Assembly: GCA_043739595.1 (NCBI GenBank)
Contig: JAYUDS010000026.1
Span: 1 to 36,883, forward strand
Origin: Candidatus Adlerbacteria bacterium
GTDB lineage: Bacteria; Patescibacteriota; Minisyncoccia; Phycocordibacterales; SBAW01
Direction: 5' to 3'
DNA: 36,883 bases
The translations under genes were made by a program, and so were the position numbers. Shown piece by piece: positions 8,917 to 17,817 of this stretch. Positions within the stretch are counted from its first letter, which is position 1. Each line of letters opens with the position of its first letter. A model generated the notes under the pieces. The model ran no database searches, was not told the origin of the DNA, and saw only the letters and a list, made by a program, of their open reading frames with translations.

Positions 8917-9720
8917 ATGGAAATGTCCCACTCAGCCTTCTTGCGGATGCTGGCAATGGATGCGGGTCTTATTATGCGGAAATATCATCATGTTTCTGGC
9001 GTTCCGTATTCGCTAAAGCCAGACAAAACCCGAGTGACGGCGGCAGATAAAAAAATTGGTGAGTATGTTGCGCGCCAATTTCGAGAGTACTACCCAAGCG
9101 GGGTGTGCATCCGGGAAGAAACAGACTTTCCTCTGAGGACCGGCGGTGGGTTTGAAGGCGTCTTCGATGAAATCGACGGCACCCTCGAGTTTTCACGAGG
9201 GGGTCTGTACGCGGTTTTTGCAGGCGCAGTGATGCTCGATCACCAAGTATGGAACAGTATCATATATGCACCGCTTCTGGATGAGCAGCCCACCTATGAA
9301 GCGGTTGTTGGTTTAGGGGCATTCTGCAACAATCGGCCAATCCATGTCTCAAAAAAGAAAGCACATCCGAAAATCGAAGTAACAACCGCTGGGGTTACAA
9401 ACGAGCTGTACAAAGCATCTGCTGTTATTTCAGAGCTCGGCCTATGCGGATGTGATGTGAGTGACGTGCTTAGTATCAGTTTTTCTTGTGCATTACTTGC
9501 AGAAGGAAAAACCGAAGGGGTGCTTTTCCCCTGGACAACGCTCCACGACATCGTGCCAGGCTCTTTGCTTGTAAAGGAAGCCGGAGGAATTATCACCGAC
9601 CTAAACGGTCGGGACTTAGACCTAAGCCAGAACGCAGTAGAAGGGTTCATAGCAGCAAACTGCAAAGACACGCACGACATGCTGCTCAACGTCGCACAGC
9701 GTAACCGTCAACGTACGTAA
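8917..9720 (+). CDS. Inositol monophosphatase / FBPase-family phosphatase (SuhB/CysQ-like)
   Basis: 'IREETD', 'FDEIDGTLEF' (a variant of the DPIDGT motif) and 'WTTLHDIVPGSLLVKEAGG' (the WD..AG...EAGG motif). Confidence 0.8.
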   Translation: MEMSHSAFLRMLAMDAGLIMRKYHHVSGVPYSLKPDKTRVTAADKKIGEYVARQFREYYPSGVCIREETDFPLRTGGGFEGVFDEIDGTLEFSRGGLYAVFAGAVMLDHQVWNSIIYAPLLDEQPTYEAVVGLGAFCNNRPIHVSKKKAHPKIEVTTAGVTNELYKASAVISELGLCGCDVSDVLSISFSCALLAEGKTEGVLFPWTTLHDIVPGSLLVKEAGGIITDLNGRDLDLSQNAVEGFIAANCKDTHDMLLNVAQRNRQRT

Positions 9721-9743
9721 CAGCAGTTTCCTGGAGTATGTAC

Positions 9744-9778
9744 GGCGGCGCAGGGTCTAACCCTAGCGCCGCCTTTTT
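9744..9778 (+). terminator. Rho-independent terminator between convergent genes
   Basis: ggcggcgcaggg-tctaa-ccct(a)gcgccgcc followed by TTTTT. Confidence 0.65.
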
Positions 9779-9780
9779 CT

Positions 9781-10830
9781 TTACCCTTTCCAGTGGAATC
9801 TATTTTCTTTTAAAATGTCTATAATATTATTATACGTATCCTCTTTCGCAAGCTGTGGCGCGTCTGGGTATATGCCTTCTATCGCATAGAGTACGCCCAT
9901 AGAGATAAAGCCCAGACTTATTGCCTCCATAATTTCTTCGTCGCCTGTCTTTTGTTGGTACATGTGCAAAAACGCATCTCCTAATTCTTTGTAATAAGGA
10001 TTTTTTGTTAGGTGGTAGTACCACAAATACTGCGACATCCAACGACCAAGGTCGATACCAGGGTCCCCCCATGGAACCCGAGAGTAGTCTATAACCCAGA
10101 CCGATTTGTCCTGACGCAAAAAAACATTTGCACCCCAAAAGTCACCGTGCAGTGGTTGCAACCGGTCTTCTCTATTTTTCCATTTGTGCAAAAGGTTAAG
10201 CACCAGCCCAATGTACGCTTCTTGTTTTTGCGGAGGAAGCAGCGGATGTTCCTCGCCAAAGTCATGCATAAAAGTGAGTGTAAGTTCCGGGTGCATGACC
10301 TCACCGCGCAATCCGCTGTTGTAGAGTGCTTGTCGTCGCGTGGTGTCGCCAGACGGATGCGCAAGAGTATGCAGTTTCGCCGCATAGTCGGTTATTGCCT
10401 CTAGCTCAGCGAAGTCCTCTGCATCCATGGCAATTTTGCTCTGTCTGCGGTCGAGCAGGAGGTTGTATGGCGCTCCTTCTGGTTCGAATTCTTGAATGTT
10501 GTAAATGGTAGTCTCTTCGGTAATATCTGGCAGCACGACGGAGTGGTCTCCATTCTCGACGATAAGGCCAATTGACCGAGGTGATGTACCAAAACGGTTC
10601 GCCATGTTATGGCCCACCAATAGCGACGCTAATTTTCGTTCAGGGAATTCAAAACCCATTTCGTCGGTGTGCACCCGTTTAATAAAAAAATGCCGTCCGT
10701 CTTTTGCGGTAACTTTGTACCCGTGGGCATGGAAGCCGCTCCCTATTTTTTCAATAGTAACAAGTTCCACCTTTTCGCCCAGCTTCTGTGAGATAGCTTG
10801 AGAGATTTTTGATATATCGATATCTGACAT
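9781..10830 (-). CDS. Phosphotransferase-family kinase (APH/choline-kinase fold), substrate unknown
   Basis: Gly-rich 'IGSGFHAHGY', a Lys in 'FFIKRV', catalytic 'HGDFWGANVF' (HxDxxxxN) and 'VIDYSRVPWGDPGIDLG'. Confidence 0.7.
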   Translation of the reverse strand: MSDIDISKISQAISQKLGEKVELVTIEKIGSGFHAHGYKVTAKDGRHFFIKRVHTDEMGFEFPERKLASLLVGHNMANRFGTSPRSIGLIVENGDHSVVLPDITEETTIYNIQEFEPEGAPYNLLLDRRQSKIAMDAEDFAELEAITDYAAKLHTLAHPSGDTTRRQALYNSGLRGEVMHPELTLTFMHDFGEEHPLLPPQKQEAYIGLVLNLLHKWKNREDRLQPLHGDFWGANVFLRQDKSVWVIDYSRVPWGDPGIDLGRWMSQYLWYYHLTKNPYYKELGDAFLHMYQQKTGDEEIMEAISLGFISMGVLYAIEGIYPDAPQLAKEDTYNNIIDILKENRFHWKG

Positions 10831-10892
10831 TGCCTGACTGTACCAGAAAATGAAAAAACGTCCCAGCAGTAGTGAGACGTGTTTTTATTTTT

Positions 10893-11975
10893 TTATATCC
10901 CCTCTTCTTTTAACTTTTCAATTAAGCCTTTTGCCGTACGGGAAAGTTTATGTGGGAGCGTGATTTTAACTTTGACAAACATGTCACCGCGTTTGCCCCG
11001 TGCGTTTGGGACGCCTCGGTTAGGGATTCGCAAAAGCTCGCCGTGTGTCACTCCAGGTGGAATGGTTACAAAGTCTTCGCCGTCTAAGGTGGGGATGGCA
11101 TATTCAGTTCCCAAGAGGGCGTCAGTCAGTTTTATATTAAGTTCGGTCACCAAGTTTGGCCCGTCTTTCTTGAAGCGAGAGTCTTGGCGAACATGGACTT
11201 TGACATACAGGTCGCCCGCCTGGCCTCCGGCGACTGCTTCGCCTGCACCTGTAAGTCGAATCATTTCGCCCACTTCTATGCCTGAAGGCACCACAATTTC
11301 AACTTCTTCTTGTTTGCGGTAGACTCCTTCTCCGCGGCAGGTGCGGCATTTTTCTTTTGGGATTTTGCCTGCAGCATGGCAGAAGCGGCAGGGGCTTTCC
11401 ATTGAAATGGTGCCAAAAATTGAATTACTCGTTTCGTGGAGCTTGCCCGTCCCGTTGCAGTGGGTGCAGGTTAAAAGCTCGGTGCCTGGTTCAGCGCCGT
11501 TGCCGTGGCAGCTTTCGCACTTGGCTGTTTTGGCAAGCAGCACTTTTCGTGTAACGCCGAAAATAGATTCCTTAAAGGTAAGCTCGAGGTCAATAGAGAT
11601 GTCCCTGCCACGTCGCATGCGCGTTCCTGTTTGGCCAGCAAAGAAGTCACTGAATACGTCACCAAAGTCAAAACCAAAACCATTTTGGAATGCATCTTGG
11701 AACTGCGAAAAGTCGAAGTTAGAATTGCCTTGGAAGCCACCCTGACCGCCACTTGCGTCACTAAAGACGCGGCCGTATGAGTCATATTCGGCGCGCTTTT
11801 TATCGTCTGACAATATAGAATATGCTTCGCTTACTTCTTTAAATTTTTCTACATCCCCTGTCGCTTTGTCGGGGTGTAGTTTATGTGCAAGTTTATGGAA
11901 TGCTTTTTTAATTTCGTCTTTTGACGCTCCTTTAGTAATACCCAGCGCTTCGTAGTAATCTCTTTTGTTAGACAT
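10893..11975 (-). CDS. dnaJ: Chaperone DnaJ
   Basis: J domain with 'HPD', a G/F-rich linker and four CxxCxGxG repeats ([32 protein letters not shown]). Confidence 0.95.
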   Translation of the reverse strand: MSNKRDYYEALGITKGASKDEIKKAFHKLAHKLHPDKATGDVEKFKEVSEAYSILSDDKKRAEYDSYGRVFSDASGGQGGFQGNSNFDFSQFQDAFQNGFGFDFGDVFSDFFAGQTGTRMRRGRDISIDLELTFKESIFGVTRKVLLAKTAKCESCHGNGAEPGTELLTCTHCNGTGKLHETSNSIFGTISMESPCRFCHAAGKIPKEKCRTCRGEGVYRKQEEVEIVVPSGIEVGEMIRLTGAGEAVAGGQAGDLYVKVHVRQDSRFKKDGPNLVTELNIKLTDALLGTEYAIPTLDGEDFVTIPPGVTHGELLRIPNRGVPNARGKRGDMFVKVKITLPHKLSRTAKGLIEKLKEEGI

Positions 11976-12078
11976 ATTTACTGACTATTTTAACAGACAA
12001 AACGTTCTATGCAAGAAAAATTTTAAGTATAAATGAATCTGTCAGAACATGTCTTCAGATTAATCGAATGCAACTTCG

Positions 12079-13860
12079 TCATTCCGGTATGAACCCTCCG
12101 GCTTGAATGCTCCAAAGTTTTTGGTACAAGCCGCCACGCTGCAATAATTCATCGTGTGTTCCATCTGCTACTACACAGCCTTTTTCCAGCACGATAATTC
12201 GATCCATTTTCATAATAGTCGATAGTCGGTGCGCGATAACGATGACAGTTTTACCTTCCATGAGGACCTTGAGTGCATCCTGGATAAGCGACTCTGACTC
12301 GGAGTCGAGGCTCGAGGTTGCTTCATCAAGCACGAGTATTGGAGAATTTTTCAGAATTGCCCGGGCTATAGCCACACGCTGACGCTCGCCTCCTGACAGC
12401 TTGATACCACGCTCTCCCACGAGAGTGTTGTAGGTGTCGGGAAGGTTAGAAATAAACTCATTGCAGTGTGCTTTTTTTGCTGCAGCCAGCACTTCTTCGT
12501 CGGTTGCGTCTTGTTTTCCATAACGGATATTTTCCATTAGCGTGCGATGAAAAAGCATGGGTTCTTGCGGCACAAAGGAGATCATCTCACGCAAACTATC
12601 TTGTGTAACCTCAGAAATATTTTGACCATCTATATGTATAGTGCCGTTTCGCACGTCAAAAAAGCGAAGTAAGAGTTTGGTAATGGTCGACTTGCCTGCG
12701 CCTGAAGGCCCAACAAGCGCCACCTTTTGGCCAGCGAGCAACGTAAGATTAAAATTCTCTAAAATGTCGCGGTCGGTGTGGAAGTAAAACGATACATTTT
12801 TAAACTCAATTTCGCCGCGACTAATAGTAAGAGTCTTAGCGGTAGAAGCATCTTGGACTTCATGCTGTAGTTGCATGATCTCGAGCATCTCTCCCGCTTC
12901 TGCGAGTGCACTATAAAATTGTCGCAGTTCGCGGTTAATGCCTACCAGCCGGTCAAAGGTCGTAAAGAGGTACGCTTGTATGAGCACGAAGTCGCCAACG
13001 GTCAGTAAGCCCTGCTGCCAAAAGTGTATAGCTCCAAGCATCATAACAACCTGCAATCCAAGAGTAAAAAGTCCAAATCCTGCCCATATCCACTCATCCG
13101 CGCGCCACAGCCGCATGGTCTTTTGACGCCAGTCAGTCACGACTGTGTGAAATACGCCTCGCTCAAAAGTACCTGCAGAGAAAAGAGAAATAGTTGTCTG
13201 GTTCGAGATAGCGTCTGCAAGCGTTGCGGTTACATAAGTGTCAGCCTCAGCGCGCACAACGCGTAATGGTTGTCGAAGTCTTGCCACGTATATTTGGAAT
13301 ATAACAAACGCAACCGACCAAACTCCCAGAATAGTCCCAAGCGTATGATTGCGTAAAAAAAGGATAGTCACTGCACCTATGACAAAGAGGAAGGTCGGTA
13401 CAAATTGGAAAATTACACCGTCAAAGATGATTTCGTATGAGCGTGAAAATTGCTTGATCTTATGAGTTAAGGAACCGGCAAAGTTGGAGATAAAGAAGTT
13501 GTTTGAGTGTCCGAGTAGATAGTCAAAAGCATCAACCTGTAGTTTGGTCATGATCTTTGACTGTAGACTCGTGATGATAAAACCTTGGATGCGTCTTGAG
13601 GTCCAGTCAAGAAGCCACATCGAAGCAACAACTCCCAATATAAGCAAAAGTGCGTGCACGGTTTGATTGCTCGGTTCAGCAATGGCAAGGGTGTTGAACA
13701 GCTTTTTTAAATAGAGCGGAGCTGTGAGGTTTGCTACTTGCAGCAAAAGCGCCCCAACGGCTATAGCCGCAAGTGCTCCGGGGTATTGTTTGGTATAGGC
13801 CCAATAAGTTCGAAACACCACATGAGCCCCCGGCTTTTTTTTACGAGGGATTTCAGCCAT
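12079..13860 (-). CDS. ABC exporter, fused permease-ATPase (MsbA / multidrug type)
   Basis: Six-TM N-terminal half, Walker A 'GPSGAGKST', signature 'LSGGERQRVAIARA', Walker B 'ILVLDEATS'. Confidence 0.9.
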   Translation of the reverse strand: MAEIPRKKKPGAHVVFRTYWAYTKQYPGALAAIAVGALLLQVANLTAPLYLKKLFNTLAIAEPSNQTVHALLLILGVVASMWLLDWTSRRIQGFIITSLQSKIMTKLQVDAFDYLLGHSNNFFISNFAGSLTHKIKQFSRSYEIIFDGVIFQFVPTFLFVIGAVTILFLRNHTLGTILGVWSVAFVIFQIYVARLRQPLRVVRAEADTYVTATLADAISNQTTISLFSAGTFERGVFHTVVTDWRQKTMRLWRADEWIWAGFGLFTLGLQVVMMLGAIHFWQQGLLTVGDFVLIQAYLFTTFDRLVGINRELRQFYSALAEAGEMLEIMQLQHEVQDASTAKTLTISRGEIEFKNVSFYFHTDRDILENFNLTLLAGQKVALVGPSGAGKSTITKLLLRFFDVRNGTIHIDGQNISEVTQDSLREMISFVPQEPMLFHRTLMENIRYGKQDATDEEVLAAAKKAHCNEFISNLPDTYNTLVGERGIKLSGGERQRVAIARAILKNSPILVLDEATSSLDSESESLIQDALKVLMEGKTVIVIAHRLSTIMKMDRIIVLEKGCVVADGTHDELLQRGGLYQKLWSIQAGGFIPE

Positions 13861-13885
13861 GAATTTTTAGAGTAGCACCGGTTTC

Positions 13886-15811
13886 TTACTTTGTCTCAGG
13901 ATTATTTGGTGGGGTGTCGGTTTGTGGGGTGTCTCCAGTCGGGGTGTCGGTCTGGGCAGAGTCAGGAGGAGGAGTTGTTTCGCCAGCCTTTTGTACAGCT
14001 TCGTACACTTTAGAAAGTTCGCGGCTAAGCTCTTCGGTTGCTGACTTAATATCAGCTGCCTGGTCAGTGCCTTTTTTATTCTCTAGTACAGTTATTTTTT
14101 CAGTTATTGCAACTCCGAGTTCTGATGGAATCTTGTCTTTGTTGTCAGCAAGTGCTTTGTTGGCTGAATAGATAGTTTGCTCTGCAATATTTCGTGCTTC
14201 CGCAAGCTCAATTTTTTGTTTGTCTGAGTCGGCGTTTGCTTCGGCGTCTTTGCGCATCTTTTCGATATCGACATCTGAGAGGCCTGAAGAAGCTTCGATA
14301 CGGATAGACTGTTCTTTGTTTGTAGCCTTATCTTTAGCTTTGACTGACAATATACCGTTTGCATCTACATCGAACGTTACCTCAACTTGCGGGAGTCCGC
14401 GTGGTGCTGTTGGGATACCGTCGAGCACAAACCGCCCGAGTGACTTATTGTCGCCTGCCATGGCACGTTCTCCCTGGGTGATATGTATTTCAACAGAGGT
14501 TTGATTGTCAGCTGCGGTCGAGAAGACTTGGCTACGACTCGTGGGAATAGTGGTGTTACGTTCAATAAGCTTGGTAGACACGCCACCCATTGTCTCTATA
14601 CCAAGCGACAGCGGGATAACATCCAACAGAAGAATGTCGCGCACTTCCCCACCTAATATGCCTCCTTGGATAGCCGCACCTATCGCTACCACTTCGTCGG
14701 GGTTGACCGACATGTTCGGTTTTTTGCCAAAATATTTCTCCACTGCTGCTTGGAGTGCAGGCATGCGTGTCTGGCCACCGACGAGTATTATTTCGTTTAT
14801 GTCCCCAGTCTTAAATGGTGACGCTTCCATGGCGCGCTTAGTAATGTCCAAAGCGCGGCTAATAAACTCAGCAGAAAGTTCTTCTAGTTTTGCGCGGGTT
14901 AGTTTTACCAACAGGTGGCGCGGACCGGAAGAGTCGGAGGTTATGAATGGGATGTTTACTTCGGTGTCAGTGGCAGTAGAAAGTTCTATTTTTGCCTTCT
15001 CTGCTGCTTCGTCAAGGCGCTGGCGCGCAAGAGGGTCGTTTCTGACATCTATACCGCTTTCTTTTTGGAACTCGACCGCAAGCCAGTCAATTATTTTTTG
15101 GTCAATATCTTTACCTCCAAGGTGTGCGTCTCCGTCGGTTGAGCGGACTTCAATTGAACCTTCATTCCCTTCAGCCATCACGACTTCGAGAACTGAAATA
15201 TCAAATGTACCTCCTCCAAAGTCAAAGACAACAACCTTTTCATCTTTCTTTTTGTTGAAGCCGTATGCAAGCGCTGCAGCAGTCGGCTCATTTATAATGC
15301 GCTTAACGTCGAGACCTGCAATTTTGCCAGCATCTCGTGTAGCTGCGCGTTGTGCGTCGTTAAAGTACGCCGGCACTGTAATAACCGCTTCGGTAATAGG
15401 CTCACCCAAGCGTTTTTCAGCATCAGCTTTAAGCTTTTGTAATATCATGGCAGAAACCTCTTCTGGTCGGTACCAAGTTTCTTTTTCGGCCTGTCCCATC
15501 ATCACCTCGATACCCCCGTTCTGAGACTTTCGCATTTCGAACGGGACGGCTGCACGGTCTTTGCCAACTAATTCTTCGTCAAAATTGTGGCCGATAAAAC
15601 GTTTAATCTGGTATACGGTGTTTTTAGGGTTGGTGACTGCTTGACGCCTGGCTATAAGCCCAACAAGACGCTCACCTGTTTTTGAAGTAGCGATGACTGA
15701 CGGGGTGGTGCGGCCGCCTTCGGAGTTTTCAAGAATTTGCGGCTCTCCGCCACGCATAATAGCCATTGCAGAGTTTGTGGTGCCCAAGTCTATACCTAAA
15801 ATTTTTGCCAT
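13886..15811 (-). CDS. dnaK: Chaperone DnaK (Hsp70)
   Basis: '[14 protein letters not shown]', 'DFGGGTFD' and '[10 protein letters not shown]'. The track ORF carries a 24-aa spurious N-terminal extension, and the start at 15811 matches family N-termini. Confidence 0.97.
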   Translation of the reverse strand: MAKILGIDLGTTNSAMAIMRGGEPQILENSEGGRTTPSVIATSKTGERLVGLIARRQAVTNPKNTVYQIKRFIGHNFDEELVGKDRAAVPFEMRKSQNGGIEVMMGQAEKETWYRPEEVSAMILQKLKADAEKRLGEPITEAVITVPAYFNDAQRAATRDAGKIAGLDVKRIINEPTAAALAYGFNKKKDEKVVVFDFGGGTFDISVLEVVMAEGNEGSIEVRSTDGDAHLGGKDIDQKIIDWLAVEFQKESGIDVRNDPLARQRLDEAAEKAKIELSTATDTEVNIPFITSDSSGPRHLLVKLTRAKLEELSAEFISRALDITKRAMEASPFKTGDINEIILVGGQTRMPALQAAVEKYFGKKPNMSVNPDEVVAIGAAIQGGILGGEVRDILLLDVIPLSLGIETMGGVSTKLIERNTTIPTSRSQVFSTAADNQTSVEIHITQGERAMAGDNKSLGRFVLDGIPTAPRGLPQVEVTFDVDANGILSVKAKDKATNKEQSIRIEASSGLSDVDIEKMRKDAEANADSDKQKIELAEARNIAEQTIYSANKALADNKDKIPSELGVAITEKITVLENKKGTDQAADIKSATEELSRELSKVYEAVQKAGETTPPPDSAQTDTPTGDTPQTDTPPNNPETK

Positions 15812-15836
15812 GTATATGTTATAGAATAATGAATAA

Positions 15837-16376
15837 TTATTTTTGTATGTATGTGTAGACTGACACTTGAGCGGGGCGGACAATGCGCTCGTTTACCCTG
15901 TAGCCTGCGCTATGCACTGACTCTATGTAATGATCCTTTGACTCGTCCTCGGTCGTTACTTCGCGAAGTGCTTCATGTTTGTACGGGTCAAACTTCTCTC
16001 CTGCAGGTTCATATCGGCTGATGCCTGCGCGGTCCAACGACTTAAGCAAGTTACCGTATACTGCTTCTATCCCCTTCTTAAAATTTACGTCTGCTTCTTG
16101 AAAGCTATTGTCTTTCAACGCCATTTCAAACGAGTCGAGCGTTGGTATGAGCGCCTCGGCCATGTCGGTTTGAGTTCGTAATTCCAACTCTCCGCTTCGC
16201 GCAGCCTCGTCCCGTTTGAAGTTGGCGAAATCGGCGCGAGCCCGCTGCCAACCGTCGAGGTACTCCTGCTTTTCTTCTATTGCTTTTTTGAGTCTTTCTC
16301 TGAGCTTTTTGAGCGCACCGACACCCTCTTCGGCCTCCTCGTCAGGGACAAACTCTTCTTCCTCTGAGGCGTTCAT
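15837..16376 (-). CDS. grpE: Nucleotide exchange factor GrpE
   Basis: Acidic N-terminus, '[12 protein letters not shown]', 179 aa, immediately upstream of dnaK. Confidence 0.9.
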   Translation of the reverse strand: MNASEEEEFVPDEEAEEGVGALKKLRERLKKAIEEKQEYLDGWQRARADFANFKRDEAARSGELELRTQTDMAEALIPTLDSFEMALKDNSFQEADVNFKKGIEAVYGNLLKSLDRAGISRYEPAGEKFDPYKHEALREVTTEDESKDHYIESVHSAGYRVNERIVRPAQVSVYTYIQK

Positions 16377-16423
16377 AGTAAATTATTTTACACGAAAAAA
16401 ACGTTCAGTCAAATTTTTACATT

Positions 16424-16452
16424 AAAAAAACCAGCCCAAAAGTATGGGCTGG
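16424..16452 (-). terminator. Rho-independent terminator after the receiver-domain gene
   Basis: ccagccca-aaagta-tgggctgg. On the minus strand it is followed by TTTTTTT (A-run 16424-16430 on plus). Confidence 0.65.
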
Positions 16453-16481
16453 CTAATTGTACGAACCACGTCTCTAGTTTG

Positions 16482-16904
16482 TTAGGCTGGCACCATTTGC
16501 TCAGTGCTGAGCAATGCTTTCAGCTTATCCACAATTTCGGCCAGTCGTGCCGGCTTTGGCAGGTACGAGAGATTAAGACCCCTCGCCTCCGCTTCATGCG
16601 TACCTCCGCTGACAACGAGCACTGGCAGGTCATGGCGGCGTTCACGAAGTGTCTGTGCCAGCTTGAGTCCATTCATCTCTCCCAAACCATCGACATCAGT
16701 TACAAGCGCTCGAGGGGTGTACCCTGAAAGCATCTCGAGTGCCTCATTGCTTGAGGAAAATGAAAAGCCGCGCAAACCTTCGTCGTCGAGCATTTCCTCG
16801 TACAAGGTACGAAGACTTGGGTCATCCTCGACAATGAATACCATCTTGGGCATGTCCGACAGCACAATATCGGACACATTCCCAGCATTGCCAAAAGCTT
16901 CCAT
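16482..16904 (-). CDS. Stand-alone response-regulator receiver domain (CheY-like)
   Basis: 'VFIVEDD', 'LVTDVDGLGEMNG', 'VLVVSG' and 'KP' occupy the canonical receiver positions. There is no output domain. A strong SD (GGAGG) lies 5 nt before the ATG. Confidence 0.8.
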   Translation of the reverse strand: MEAFGNAGNVSDIVLSDMPKMVFIVEDDPSLRTLYEEMLDDEGLRGFSFSSSNEALEMLSGYTPRALVTDVDGLGEMNGLKLAQTLRERRHDLPVLVVSGGTHEAEARGLNLSYLPKPARLAEIVDKLKALLSTEQMVPA

Positions 16905-17067
16905 TGTATCCTCCTACTGAGGGGTTTGTGTGTTGAAAGTTCTTCCCTGCCCACTTCATTGAGTTTTAATGCAGGTCTAGTGCAATGGTACTCTTGTGGC
17001 AAAAAAATGCAAGTATCCAACGTTTTTGTAATCTGTAAAGTTATACCTTCATTTTTAAGTACTTTAT

Positions 17068-17160
17068 ATAAAAAATAAAGGCCAACGATATTCGTTAGCC
17101 TTGGCAAATGTGGTGGTGGTTACGGTGAGGCTTTGCAGCCCCACCGAAGCACTACCTTGC
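17068..17160 (-). ncRNA. Putative small RNA, unit B. Family not recognised.
   Basis: A promoter-like TTGACA-17-TATTTT (17165-17193) lies upstream. The body contains a 9-bp stem with a GCAA loop (17124-17145). It ends in an 11-bp hairpin, aaggcuaacga-aua-ucguuggccuu, plus a U-run (17068-17102). No ORF. Confidence 0.3.
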
Positions 17161-17164
17161 TTTA

Positions 17165-17193
17165 AAAATACTCTTAGTCTGGTAGAGTGTCAA
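17165..17193 (-). promoter_or_regulatory. Promoter candidate for unit B
   Basis: On the minus strand, TTGACA (17188-17193), a 17-nt spacer, then TATTTT (17165-17170). Confidence 0.3.
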
Positions 17194-17204
17194 ATTTTAA
17201 GTGT

Positions 17205-17305
17205 TTTTTTGAAATGAATAAGGCTGACAAAAATGTCAGCCGGGTAATTGGGGGTAGTGCTTGTAGGAAGACCTGATCAAGGTCTTCCGCGAATGAGCTA
17301 TTCCT
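17205..17305 (-). ncRNA. Putative small RNA, unit A. Family not recognised.
   Basis: A promoter-like TTGACA-17-TATGTT (17311-17339) lies upstream. The body contains a 9-bp hairpin, ggaagacct-gatca-aggtcttcc (17266-17288). An 8-bp hairpin, ggctgaca-aaaa-tgtcagcc (17222-17241), is followed on the minus strand by UUAUUCAUUUC. No ORF. Confidence 0.25.
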
Positions 17306-17310
17306 TTCTA

Positions 17311-17339
17311 AACATATACCTCTACTTTAAACCTGTCAA
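17311..17339 (-). promoter_or_regulatory. Promoter candidate for unit A
   Basis: On the minus strand, TTGACA (17334-17339), a 17-nt spacer, then TATGTT (17311-17316). Confidence 0.3.
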
Positions 17340-17354
17340 ATGATTATCCACAAG

Positions 17355-17384
17355 TAAAAAACCCCGCATTTTAGCGAGGTTTTT
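17355..17384 (-). terminator. Rho-independent terminator after rpsI
   Basis: Minus strand reads aaaaccucgc-uaaaau-gcgggguuuuuu. Confidence 0.6.
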
Positions 17385-17391
17385 CGAGAAA

Positions 17392-17811
17392 TTAACGCTT
17401 AGACCATTGCTTGCGCTTGCGAGCCTTGACTAGTCCAGGCTTGCGGCGTTCCTTGGCACGTGGGTCGCGTTTAAGGAAGCCTTCCTTCTTTAAAACACCT
17501 CGAAGGGTGTGGTCATATTCTGTAAGAGCACGAGAAATTGCGTGGCGGACCGCAACTGCTTGTCCTGCGATTCCGCCCCCGCTCACCATAACGGTTATAG
17601 CAAATTGGGTAGGAAGAGAAACTTTAAGAAAAGGTTCAAGTGCAGTAAGACGAAGTGGCTCGGTCATAAAATACACTTCTATCTCCTTGTTGTTGATGGT
17701 GACTTTGGTGGTGGGACTCGGCGTGAGACGAGCACGTGCAATGGCAGTTTTTCGACGACCAATAGCCTCGATGTAGCGTTCTTCCTTGTTTGTAGTTTTT
17801 GCGGTAGCCAT
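17392..17811 (-). CDS. rpsI: 30S ribosomal protein S9
   Basis: 'GRRKTAIARA', 'GGGIAGQAVAVRHAISRAL' and a C-terminal '...RKRKQWSKR'. Confidence 0.95.
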   Translation of the reverse strand: MATAKTTNKEERYIEAIGRRKTAIARARLTPSPTTKVTINNKEIEVYFMTEPLRLTALEPFLKVSLPTQFAITVMVSGGGIAGQAVAVRHAISRALTEYDHTLRGVLKKEGFLKRDPRAKERRKPGLVKARKRKQWSKR

Positions 17812-17817
17812 AATGGT

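Noticed and set aside
8746-8931. 61-aa minus-strand ORF in the gap before the IMPase-like gene
   Set aside because: It covers a plus-strand terminator and promoter-like elements and overlaps the IMPase start. It has no supporting features.
10481-10490. GGTTCGAATT, a tRNA T-loop-like string
   Set aside because: It lies inside the kinase-like CDS, and no acceptor or anticodon arms can be built around it. I found no tRNA anywhere in the intergenic regions.
14505-15524. 339-aa plus-strand ORF antisense to dnaK
   Set aside because: It lies entirely inside a very high-confidence dnaK. Its composition is Ser/Pro/Ala-rich with no recognisable motifs. Long open antisense frames are a known property of hsp70 genes.
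16377-16430. Expected a CIRCE/HrcA operator upstream of grpE
   Set aside because: No TTAGCACTC-N9-GAGTGCTAA-like inverted repeat is present. The 7-bp palindrome tgctcag-tg-ctgagca at 16496-16511 lies inside the receiver CDS and does not match CIRCE.
16700-17107. 135-aa minus-strand ORF overlapping the receiver gene start and the intergenic hairpins
   Set aside because: It overlaps the well-supported receiver CDS in another frame and runs through its SD and the unit B terminator hairpin. It has no motifs.
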